Shown here in pieces: positions 13,066 to 25,530 of a stretch of 64,000 nt of DNA; position 1 is the stretch's first letter, and every line of letters begins with the position of its first letter. The notes below the pieces were generated by a model. That model ran no database searches, was not told the origin of the DNA, and worked only from the letters and a program-made list of their open reading frames with translations. Source of the stretch: Mytilus edulis (lineage: Eukaryota); contig NC_092356.1 of the NCBI RefSeq assembly GCF_963676685.1, positions 66,216,001-66,280,000 of the forward strand. Direction: 5' to 3'. The translations under genes were made by a program, and so were the position numbers.

Positions 13066-15675
13066 CAATGTTCGGAAATATCATTACTATGCACATGTAT
13101 TTCGGTAAAGAAATTTTCAAAAAATGAATTTACAAAAAAACTAATCTCCGAGAACCTTTTCAAAACGGAAAGTCCCTCATTGAATGGTTTAATTTTAAGC
13201 TTTAAATTTTAAACACATCAAACGAGTGAATAAAAAATGTAATATTTCTTATTTGATACAGGCATTTTCTTATGTAGAAAATGGTCGATAAAACGTGGTT
13301 TTATATCTAGCTGCACCTCTCATTTCCAAGTGAACGAAAACAAAAGAAAATTCACTCTTTTTATGAAAGAGTCGAGAGAAAGTCATTAATTAAACAATAC
13401 TGATGACGATACTGATCAAAAGTTATTTCTAAATAATAATTGTACATTTTAAAGAAATTATTTCTCAAACTGTTTGATAAGGACATATTCATGTAAATAA
13501 ACAATGTTTTATCTTCAGCATTATCGAGATAATTGCGTTAGAACCTTTTAACACTAAATTTTAAAAACTGCCAATTTTTTATACCAAATCTCAATGACTT
13601 ACATTGTACTCGTAATTGTTTAAACCTAACCATTCTTTGTCGGCTGAAGCTGGAAGAAGGACTTGTATCTTACAGTCGACCATTTTACTGTATAAATACA
13701 AAACAGTATATGCATACTTATCCTGCTTCTTTTTGAAGCGAACTGATACATTTGAATCATCGTTTTTGTGGCAGTTTACTCTGCGATTTCCGTTAAAATG
13801 CTGTCGACCTTTATGGAAGGTAACGTCGGTAAAATTGAGATACATGTTTTTATGTGTGAATTATAAATTGCTGCTAAACCATTAGTGTGTACTGTACATT
13901 GTAGGAAAATAAAACATGATTGTACTCGCTACGAAAAAGGAGAAAGCTCGGCGAACATTGCGTTTCTCGCATTTAGATTAAAGCTGATATAAATAATTGT
14001 TGCATATTCCAACAATGAACGAATTTTGTATTTGTAATTTTCAATGACGACTGTAAAAGAGGGAAGAAAGATACCAGAGGGACAGTCAAACTCATAGATC
14101 GAAAATAAACTGACAACGCCATGGCTAAAAATGAAAAACAAAAACAGACAAACAATCATTAAAGATGATTTAAAATGCTGTTATCAGTTAATATTTTAAA
14201 TTAACTGTAATCTTATTTATTGACCTGTTAATGACACCCCTCTTGTCCCCTTTTAAGATTAGAAAATTTGTTCACGATTTTCGGGATTACGATCCTTTTG
14301 CCTGATCACCAAGATACGGTGTAAAATATACAATACCTATAAAAAAACGATGATGTGGTTTGTTTGTCTATGGAAAAAATTTACATAAGAAACCAAAGGA
14401 AGTATGTGTTGATAACCATAAGTCATCGTACGACCTTCAACAATGACCCACATCAACATGTAAAAGGTTTTGCATAATGGAGATCATAAATATAGATCAA
14501 AGGTCTTTTTTTTAATAAACTTGAGAATAGAAAGTGGGAATGTGTCAGAGACAAAAACCTGACCAAAGAGCAGATAACAGCTGACGGCCACTAATGGGTC
14601 TTCAACACAGCGAAAAAATACCCCACCGAGAGGCGGGCTTCAGCTGGCCCTTAAATAAAATGTAATCTAGTTCAATGAAAATGGACGTCCCACTCAACTT
14701 CATAACATATAAATGAACTAAAATTAAAAAAAAAATAAATAAATAACAAGACTATCAATTGCAAGAGGCTCCTGACTTGGTCCAGGCGCTAAAATGCGTC
14801 GGGATTAAACATGTTTTGTATAAATCAGGCACAATCAATCAGGCGAATTTGTCAGAGAATGAAGAAGAGATAACCAAGATAACAGTAACAGAAATAAAAA
14901 ATTTTAGTATTGCATTTTATAATTCCAAAATAAAGTCTATTGTCAATGATTTATGATAACGAATTTTGGTAGAGGGAGTGAACAATGTCTCATACTTTTC
15001 TATATTTAAATTTATTTCAAGAATAAAAAAAATATACCTTCTTTTTAATTGAGTGAACGGGAAAAAATACAGACTAAGAAATACACTTTTATTTAAATAC
15101 TGGTAATATCACGAAGCTTTTAAGTTTTGTGTGTCAAACACACCTTCCCTGTTGTAATGACTCGTTAATAAGGTATTTCACTTCACCTATTTGATACAGT
15201 AAATTCTTAGTATTATTATATTAACATGTAGCCTTTTAATATTGTATAAAAGTCAAAACTTGAGCCAGGAAAATCATTTTCTTTTTATTTATGCGTTTCC
15301 AGGACAAAACAATCAGCTCAAACACGCCTTAAAAGTACAATGCGTACTCGACTGTCTCTTTACGATAAGATAATTGCCCATTTTAGACCCCCTCCAAACA
15401 AAAAACTGTTATCGGGGTGAGGGGTTTCAGGAATGCAAATTAAGATCAATATTTTATCCTTTCGTGTTTGTATTTTTTTCAGTTGATTTTATGCTTGTGC
15501 AAATTAAAAATCAAGAAGCATTTGCATCTACCGAAATCGGTTGTTTTGTTTAATGTGCCTTTGATTTAACAAAATAAAATATCGTGTAGCTTCATGCTAC
15601 CAATTGAATATAAACAAGTGTATAAGATGCAAAAAAAATCTTAAATTATAAAGCAACATTTATAAGTAATGATAA

Positions 15676-16339
15676 GGTAGCACTCCATAGTTAGAAAATA
15701 AAATTAAAAATGAGCCACAAAATGTTTTATCATCTCTTATTCCTGGATTTTAATACATTAACCTAACTGTTTGTGTTGTACATGTGCATATGTATGTAAT
15801 CAGTATCTTCCATAGATTTGGTTTCGAAAGTTAAAAGGGTGAAAAATAAATCCTTTTATGTGTATCAATGGCAACATTCTGCATTTATTTACCCTAAAAT
15901 ATTACAAAACGGGGGATGAACATGTCATATATCCACCAAAATTTTGATCAAACTAGAATTTCAATACCTTTGAGTGATACCTTTGAAGAAACTGTTGCCA
16001 TCATTCTTCCTAATGGTCAAATAAAACATGGGTGTCTCTCGTCTCATTTAGTTGTAAAATCTAATCACAAAGTTCGTGCGATAAAAAGTTGAAATTGTTT
16101 CACAATAATTTCCGGACCAATGTATGGTATGGACATGCATGTAAATATACGGACTGTCATACAGAAAACAGCCTATATTACAGACATTACTTACTCTCTA
16201 TGTTCATATAAACCCAATACGAAGGCTATTCTAATACTCAGCTATCCAAAAATGAATTTTATTGCACACTAGCTCTCATATTTAAAAATTCCACAGGGGT
16301 CAAAATGCGAAACTACACATCTAACTGTAGAGTGCTATC
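15676..16339. mobile_element. ~665-bp MITE, Kolobok-like (copy 1)
   Basis: TIR ggtagcactccatagttaga / tctaactgtagagtgctatc; flanks ATAA and TTAA. A similar full-length copy is at 17708-18373. Confidence 0.75.
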
Positions 16340-17707
16340 TTAAGGTTAACGCCCCCCCCCTTTTTGCCTCCATTTTTAGTATATTTTCTGTGTTAAACTA
16401 GCTGTTACGCTTGCAATGGTACTATAGTTTTTAAGATTGGTTCAGTAATAAAGATTTTATTAAGGTTAGCAGTTGATGTTGAAACAAAACAAAAAAGTGT
16501 TTAAAAATAAATGCTGGATCATAGTGACAAACTTCAAATCTGTCTCATCTTTGGGGTAAATTCTAAAACTTTTCCCTTTTTTTGTTTAAAATCATTAAAT
16601 TACCTTCAAAGAGGAAAAAATATACAATGTTTAGGTATTTGAAAGCACTCATAGGTCAATTTTGCTGTAAATAGCATACCTCACCTTGGTTATCCCGTCA
16701 TACTTTGAACCACACTATTATTTTATTTATTTTTATTACTTTTACTGTCAAGTCAGTTTTTGTTATATCTATTTTGCGTGACTGTATTTATGCAACACGT
16801 CATACTTTGAACGACAAAATTATTTCATGTCAACCTGTGCGAATTTCAAACGCGCAATTTTACACCAGTACTCAAAACCCTCCTTCCTTGATGGTTGCAA
16901 TTTACATAGACAAATAAAATCGTATAATATAATCAAAATGAGGATGTTAATTGGATGTATGCCTTTTTGTGCTTCTTCGTTACATTTGTTGTTTTTATAG
17001 TGATTAAGATGATAACACAATGTTGACTGCTGTACCCATATTTGTGACATTTTTACCTATTGTTTGTTTTGTTCACGCATCGGTGACATTATAATGAAAT
17101 TTGATGCGACTGTCATACAAGTGAGAGGTTTAGCTAGCTATAAAACCAGGTTCAATCCACCATTTTCTACATTTGAAAATGCCTGTACCAAGTCAGGAAT
17201 ATGACAGTTCTTGTCCATTCGTTTTTGATGCGTTTTGTTATTTGATTTTGCCATGTGGTTATGGACTTTCCGAATTGATTTTCCTCTGAGTTCAGTATTT
17301 TTGTGATTTTACTTTTTAGAAGCTCTCAATCAGGGTATATATAACAGTACTGGCATTATTAAATTTAATTAAAACCAAATTATAATATAAAATCCTGCTA
17401 AAAATGATTATTTGACTTATTTGCATTCAAAAATATAAAGCGATACATTCTGAGGATATCATATAAAGCGCAATCTTTGGTAACAAGGGCGTAGCTAATA
17501 ATGTGGTACAAATTTAAGACCGCAACGGAACTAAGTGTCAAAATGTGTATATTTGGTTGCTAAGGACAGTAAACAATAAAATAAACATGAATTACAATCC
17601 TATCAGATTTTTTACTTTTACAACTAAAACAAGAATATAAAAGACTAAAGATGTGTGGTAAAGTTTATCTTAAAAAGTGCATTTCTGTGCTTTCTAATGT
17701 GCCATAA

Positions 17708-18373
17708 GGTAGCACTCCACAGTTAGAAAATAAAATTAAAAATGAGCAACAAAATGTTTTATCATCTCCTTTTTCTGGATTTCTAATACATTAATCTAAC
17801 TGTTTGTGTTGTACAAGTGCATATGTATGTGATTAGTATCTTCCATAGATTTGTTTTCAAAAGTTAAAAGGGTAAAATATAATTCCGTTTATGTGTATCC
17901 ATGGTAACATTTTGCATTTATTTACCCTAAAATATTGCAAAAAGTTGTTGAACATGTCACATATCCCCCAAAATTTGGACTAAACTAGAATTTCAATGCC
18001 TTTGAGTGATACCTTTTTAGAAACTGTTGACATTATTCTTCATAATGGTCAAATAAAAAATGAGTGTCTTTTGCCTCATTTCTTCGTAAAATCTAATCCC
18101 AAAGTTCGTGCGATAAAAAGTTGGAAAAAAAACATTACAAGAATTGCCAGACCAACGTATGGTATGGACATGCATGCAAATATGGACTGTCATACAGAAA
18201 TCAGCCTATATTACAGACGTTACATAATCTTGATGTTCATATAAACCCAATATGAAGGCTATTTTTATACTCAGCTATTCAAAAAATGAATTTTATTGCA
18301 CACTAGCTCTCATATATAAAAATTGCACAGGGGCCAAAATGCGAAACTACACATCTAACTGTGGAGTGCTACC
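17708..18373. mobile_element. ~665-bp MITE, Kolobok-like (copy 2)
   Basis: TIR ggtagcactccacagttaga / tctaactgtggagtgctacc; alignable end to end with 15676-16339. Confidence 0.75.
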
Positions 18374-19738
18374 AAAAATTTTGACCCACACAGTTTCCAT
18401 TCAGCACAAATATTCTTGTTATAACGAATCAGATTAAATGCAAAAATATCAGTTGCAGCCTTTAGTTTGTTTATTTATATATGTATATGAATATAATTAT
18501 GAAAGACAGCAGTGTCTTTTTTGGAAAGTTGTCATTGGCAAACATCGACATCTTCTTTTTATATGTTAAGCCATGTCAAGAGTGCCCAAAACAAGTAGTT
18601 GTCGATGGTTGCTTTCTGTCATATTTGTCTCTTTGTTCAAAGTTGTCACGAGTTAAAATCAGACCAAAGGTATTCATTTTTTAATCGTTTCCATTTCATA
18701 TCTAGTATTTTTTATGTTTTTTGCTCGTTGTTGAATGTCATACTTTGAATTGCAATTGTTCACATCTTGTTCCATTCTGGTTTTTATTTTTCAGTCATGT
18801 TTGAAAAGAAAGTCTAGGTCGTTTGTTTTCATCCAGTAGAAATGTATTCGAGACAGAGTATTTTTACAAGGAAGACATTAGAGGTAGCAGTTGTTAGATC
18901 ATCTAACCTGTTATATCTAACTGATATAAACCAGTCAAACCTTTAATGTCGTTATAAATGTCGCTTTACTCGAAGCACCTTTTGAATTGTTTTAGTTAAC
19001 ATGTTATGAAGAGAATCATCAATTTAAGGGCATTTATTAAATATCTTAAATACAACTTTTCTGTTTAAATATATTTTCATCTGATATTAGACGGAAGGTG
19101 TTGGCCTTTTATGTAATAACCAAAAGTAAAAATAGGAGTCATATATCCGATTAAATATAATTATCTACCAAATTTTATTGATTCTGTAACATCTGTGTCA
19201 AATATGACAAACTTTTAATCCAAAATCACCAGCGCCGTATCAGGACCAACCATCACAATCACAGGACCCACCGGTACAGTATCAGGACATGAATAAACTG
19301 AGAAAATGCAAAATATTGATAAATTGGAATGTTTTTTTTTCAGAAATTATTGATTGTCTTGAGGATTTTGGTATAGAAAGCGGACTCCAGGATAATTTTT
19401 GTTTTAATATTTTAGTTCTAGATTTTCTGAAAATGAGCCATTTTGTGTTATGCTTACTGAAACAGTTAAGAGGGTCACATTTTTAATGGTTTGCCTATGA
19501 ACTCATAAGAAACAAATTAAGAAATTTCAACTGTTTTCTTTCATTTTTTATGAGAGAAAACGTCAAAAATCATTATTTTCGTCTTGGTTTACATATTGTC
19601 AATGATCATCAGCACCAGTCAGGGCCGCATCACCAGCACAGACAACCTTACCCACTGTGAACTGGTTGACAGTTTTTTGTCTTCACATGAATCAGTTCAA
19701 AATAGTTTTTACGTCATATTTTGATTGTATTTTTTTAG

Positions 19739-19837
19739 ATTAGCTCGAGAATTAAAAGAAAAGAAGAATGAACTAGTAGAGGAAAACGGCAAACTGAAAA
19801 CGGAAATAAAAGAGAGAAAAGTACAAGAAATCTCAAA
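19739..19837 (+). CDS. TRIM-like gene coiled-coil exon B1 (99 nt)
   Basis: ttttttag|A..AA|gtaatt; phase 2-2; LARELKEKKNELVEENGKLKTEIKERKVQEIS. Confidence 0.8.
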
Positions 19838-22800
19838 GTAATTCATTTTGTATGTTCATTTTCTTAATTAAAGTTGTCTGATTGACAATCAGACCACACC
19901 TTCCTATATCTATATATGATATATTTTTGTTTTAAGACAGGTAAACGTTCCTAATAATGTAAAGGGACAGGGTTAGTGTTCTAATACGAAAACCACTCAT
20001 TAAAAATTAAGCTTACAAAAAAAAATCGAAATTGGATGATTTATACGTAGAATTTTGCATTCTTCCACTTTTGCATTACTTATTTCATCATTTGATTTTG
20101 TTTATTTTGGTTCGTTTGGATCTCAAATAATGCAAAACTAATAATTCACTCGCATTATATTTAGCTGTCGCAACTACAAACAAAAAAACCTATACAATTA
20201 AGGCTTTAAATGTCCACAGTTAGGGGTGAAAAGAATATTTTTCTCTATCATTCTCTTCTTCCGGTCGTCTTTCCATACTGACTTTTACGATATATATGAT
20301 GTGTTGACTGCAATTAGGGCTTCAATCAAAGTGTTTGTGTTTGTAAATCGTACTACTACGATTTTCCTGAAAAAGAATAATAAATACGTTAGTTCTTATT
20401 TAAATCCACTCACAAATAAATTCATCATAGATACCATGGTTGAAAATTTGTATTCGCGTCTCATCAGTGACGTTTTGAATAAAAAAAAGTCAAAAAGGTC
20501 AACGTACGAAGTTGAAGAGTATTGAGGACATAACAGAAAAATCCTGACGTTTTGCAAAATACAGCTTGAGTAACCTTTTCCTGAGATAGAAAAGCAATAT
20601 TATTTGACAAGGATCAGCTTTTGACGAATCATTATATACACACGCTTGACATAATTTCATACAAAAAAAGGTACATTACCGCCTATGCTATACCGAGAAA
20701 CAAACGACTAGTACGCTGGAATTTTATGTTGAATTATTTGTTGAATTTGGTTGAAAACTTTTTTAGATTAATTTTCGACATCGATAAAGGAATGGAATGT
20801 ATGCCTTTTATCACTGAGTTCATTAAGATACCTGTCAAACATATGATTATTTAATTTCGCACTCAGATACATTTGTAATGTTCTTTCCATTAGCAATCCC
20901 AATTTTCTGATTAGGTCCCTTTAATATACGCCTCAGAATTGTATTCAAGAAACAAGGATAAAGCTTCCGTTGCCTCATTTTTAGAAATATACCTCCTTAA
21001 TTGCCACTGAAATAGGATTTTGATAAGGTCTAACTTCTGTGAGAATCACTTGTCTTAAACAAGATCTAAATTTTTCTTGAACAGTGCTACAAACGAATTG
21101 ATCTTTTGGTAATCTGTCAGATAGAATTTATTCTAACTTGCTAATAGTTGTTTCCCGTGATTAAATTTAATAAATCAAAAGCTTAGGTACTACAGGAAAA
21201 GTCAAAGTTAAATAACGTTAAGTAAAGCATCTCTGTGACCATGAATAATAACAGTTCTTGTCGTTATAGAAATCAGGAGCAGTTAGCTAGAATGCAATAT
21301 TTGACATTTGACTAAAAAGGACAATAACTCCTTAAGGGGTCAGTTGACCATTTTGATCATCAGACTTATTTGTAGGTCTTACTTTGGTGTACTTTATTGC
21401 TGTTTACAGTTTGTCTCTTTCTATAATAATATTCAAGATCATAACCAAAAAGCTGTAATATTTTCTTTAAATTACCAATTCAGGGGTAGCAACCCTAAAA
21501 CGGTAGCTTGATTAGTCTAAAAATTTCAGGGTAGATAGATCTTGGCCTAATAAACAATTTTATCACCGTCAGATTTGCTTTAAATGCTTTGGTTTCAGAG
21601 ATATTAGCCAAAAACTGCATTTTATCCTATGTACTATTTTAAGCATCTTGGTTAACGGGTGGGATCAGTGGACACATTTTTCAAACTAGATAACCTCATG
21701 ATGATTGTGGACAAGTTTGCTTAAATTTGTCTCAGTAGTTTCAGAGAAGAGACTTTTGTAAAAGATTACAAAAATAACGAAAAATTGTGAAAAATTTACT
21801 ATAAAGGGCAATAACTTCTTAAGGGGTCAACTGACCATTTTGACCATGTTGACTTATTTGTAGATATTTCTTTGCTGAACATTATTGCTGTTTACATCTA
21901 AGTACTTTATTCTACGACAAACAATGACTAAAAAACCTGTGCCAAGTCAGAAATATGACAGTATTATCTAATCTTAGATTTTGCAATTTTATTAGGGACT
22001 TTCCGTTTTGAATTCCGATCGGAGTTCAGTGTTTTTGTGATTTTACCCTTTGTTTAATTCCGGCCTTCATTGTTGGAAAAAAATGATAATTTGAAAAGAT
22101 ATTTCTTGGAGCACTTTGAACATAGAACAGAACTATGATTATGCTAAATTTCATTTTAATTAAGTGTTGTGGGGGTATATTTCAAGTTTCCAATACATAT
22201 CAATACCTAATTAATTTATCAAGCTGTTTATGAAGCGTGATTTACACACAGTAATAATGTTGTTTTAGGGCTTTATCTACGTGGTAACATATATTGTAAT
22301 TGTGTAATGTCGTAAGTTAATTTTATGTGTTCTTTGTTGTTCTGTATTTAAATGTTAACATGTATTATAATACTATTTATTTATGTCTTTCTCTGTCTTT
22401 GGTGTTCCTGTATTAATTTATACCGTATTTCTACCACGTCGTGGCTTTTAAGCGCAAGGTTTGTGTAGTTATAAAACTAGGTTCAACCCCTCATTAGTTT
22501 TTAAAATATTGCAGTTGTTATCAAATAGTCCGTTTCTATGTATGCTGGCGTTTATTTTCATATGAGTTGGTGTCAGCCATGTTGATTGTTTTGATTGACT
22601 TGACTGGCTAGTTATATTAAATCAACGGGTTTAAGAGTTTGTTAAATTGTCAAATATACCTTTTTGTCATCTGTTTATTGATTTCTGTTGCAACACACAA
22701 ATAGGACTCCGAATGACCAGTAGCAATTTTTCGATAAAAATCGCAGATTGCATCATAATCAAGGTTTGTTTACAAAGAAATACCTGCAAAATCAATTATT

Positions 22801-23178
22801 CGGCACTGGCGGGTACCAAGGGTCTCGTGTAAGTGTCACAAGACACCACAAAATGTAGAAAATTTTGATGGGAGTTGAAACACCGCACAAAAGAATAAAA
22901 ACATTCAAAAGGAATATCGGAATAATGTTTATGAATTTGACCAAAAAAAATGTAATTTATATTTGTGTTTGTCAAATAAATGTCATTTTTGCAGAACTTC
23001 TTTATTTGGAGCCGGACCAGTAGATTTTTCAGTTAACTGTTCCTGCTTAAATTCGACCCCTGTATATATATATATATATGTATATACAACTCGTCTAAAC
23101 ATCAACCCAACAATCTAGCTAGATTAAAACTGACGAGGAAAGGTAACACACGACCACCGAAAGCTTTATTTTTGTGAA

Positions 23179-23361
23179 GCCCAGGTGGTCGTGTGGTCTA
23201 GCGGGACGGCTACAGTGCAGGCGATTTGGTGTCACGATATCTCAGTAGCATGGGTTCGAATCCCGGCGAGGGAAGAACAAAACATTTGCGAAAGCAAATT
23301 TACAGATCTAACATTGTTAGGTTGATGTTTAGACGAGTTGAATATATATATATATATATAT
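23179..23361 (+). mobile_element. tRNA-derived SINE-like element with (TA)n tail; partial inverted copies on both sides
   Basis: A-box-like tggtcgtgtggtctag, B-box ggttcgaatccc, 3' end ..gtttagacgagttgaa(ta)n. Inverted partial copies at ~23063-23114 and 23362-23430. Confidence 0.7.
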
Positions 23362-23560
23362 AACTCGTCTAAACGTCAACCCAACAATAACATGGTCCCG
23401 CAAGACCACACGACCACCTGGGCTTCACAAAAAAAAAAGCATCTGTATACATATATTTGTATTAGTGAATATCTACATCTCGACAGGATGAAGGAACATG
23501 TATATACATATATGTAAAATATTTAACATGTTAATTGATAAATTTTACATATATGTACAG

Positions 23561-23653
23561 ACTAAAAGAGCATGAAAAGACAGTTGTCAGACTCACAGAA
23601 GGAATGGATGCACTGAAAGACCACCTTAAAGAAAAACAAGAACAAATATCAAA
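23561..23653 (+). CDS. TRIM-like gene coiled-coil exon A2 (93 nt)
   Basis: tatgtacag|A..AA|gtaagc; phase 2-2; LKEHEKTVVRLTEGMDALKDHLKEKQEQIS; paralog of A1. Confidence 0.85.
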
Positions 23654-25530
23654 GTAAGCCAATATAAATGGTATTTAAAAATATTATTTTAATTAGTAAT
23701 AATTTGAAGAATCATTTGTGCATTTTGGTAAGATATCAACCGACTAAATTTTAAAAACACAACAACATTATACTGGGTGCTTAAAGAAACGACACATCGT
23801 TATCCAAGTTGGTCCATTTTTTTAAATAACAATGCACACTTGTTGCATTGGCTACATGTACATACTGTACCAGTCTAGTCTCCCATCGCCTTTTGATCGG
23901 CAATTTGTATATTTTCGCTTGATAATTGCTTAATTATCTGATGCATTTCTGTATTATTGACAGTACCTGATAATCGAAAATATTACACAATGACGTCTCT
24001 TGTTACACTACAGCAACGTCACACATTAATGTCCATTCGAACCAGTTTATCAATTGTATATACGTGACTTCATTCATACAACTTAATTACTATTCCAACG
24101 TTTTCTACGCTTAAAAATTATTCTTTTTTCTACTTAACTTTATTCAATATTCTCGAACTGCAATACAATTGATTATGGAAACTTGGAATGTGTCAAAAAG
24201 ACATCAACCAGCAAAGGAACAGAAAATAGCACAAGGCCACCAAAAACAGCGAGTATTTCCAGCACCGTGAGGTGGACTGTAACTGAATCCTATACAAAAA
24301 ATATACAGTTTCAGCGAAAACGGACGTCACCTGAATACTGCAAAACATATAAATGAACCAAATTTAAACAAAGGCTCTCACAATCATGAATCGCTCACTT
24401 GTAATATGGCTTAAATTTTTCATCGATGATTATTTGTGCTTTTCAATATATTTATATATATAGTTATAAGTGGCTTAAAAAAATGCCATTTAAATGTTCT
24501 TGTTATCTGTCATATTTTCATCAAAATCAAATTAATGCATGTTCGATTTTATACAAAATAGCCTCAAAGTGCCGCTTAAAAGTGGCGTTAAAATACCAAA
24601 CAATCAATCAATCAATCAAGACAAGGGAATAAAATACATAATTTATACTAGATACTCTGTATTTATTTAGCTCGAGTTTGGAAAAAATCGATCCAGCAGT
24701 TTCAAAGTATTAGATTTATTAAAGTGAGCAAAATAGATGAACAAATTAGAAAAAAATGTCTTTCAAGGATTTTAACTCCTGCAGGGGTCAATTAACAATT
24801 TGGTCAAATAAACTTATTTTCTTATCTTACTTCGCTTATATTTTTTGCTATTTACAGTTAGTCTTCAACAATAATAACTTTCAAGATAATAACCGAAAAT
24901 TCCAACTTTACTTAAAATCATCAGTTCACGGGCAATAATCTAAAAATCAGATACCCGATTCTGCCGAACATTTCAGGGAAGGTAGACCTAATGAATACTT
25001 AAACTTAAACTTCTTGTCCGTTTTGCTGATATGAAAATAATTAAAGTATGATTTATATAATATTCAAATTGTTTCTTTTACTTCCTCTCTGTCCGTTCGT
25101 CTACCCGGACTGACTTTTTAAGTTTTCTTTAACAAACTGCAAAATTATAGATTATAAAAGGTCAATCTTGCATACCGTAGACGTTTTTTCATTGAACACA
25201 TTGAAAGTGACCGGGTTTTCTAACAAACTTTTGCTCAATCAAGGTCAATATAATACATACAAAATTCAATAATTTATTGGTCGAGTGAAACATGTTAAAA
25301 TCAATGATTTTTGTTATGAGAACTATTTACCCATAACCTTTAAATAAGATATATTAGAAGTTATTTAATTCTTTGTAAAACTGTCTTTAGAACTAAAAAC
25401 ATGAAACGTTGATACTATATCATAAGGGGAAAAAATGCGCAATCTAGTTTGAGTGAAATTATTCATTCATCCGACATGCAAAACAGGATGACATCTGTAA
25501 AACACTAAGCAGAAAGCATAAGGTGACCTT

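Noticed and set aside
14759-14956. Possible extra coiled-coil exon (NLSENEEEITKIT)
   Set aside because: Overlaps a dispersed repeat, has no clear phase-2 splice sites, and is not similar to the A or B exons.
23126-23172. Hammerhead-like string aaaa-CTGACGA-gg..cc-GAAA-gcttta-tttt just 5' of the SINE
   Set aside because: Stem I is only four A-U pairs, and stem III cannot pair properly as a monomer or a dimer; not supportable without a family consensus.
23181-23272. Functional tRNA gene
   Set aside because: It has A/B boxes but no convincing cloverleaf or acceptor stem, and it continues into a repeat body and (TA)n tail; treated as a SINE.
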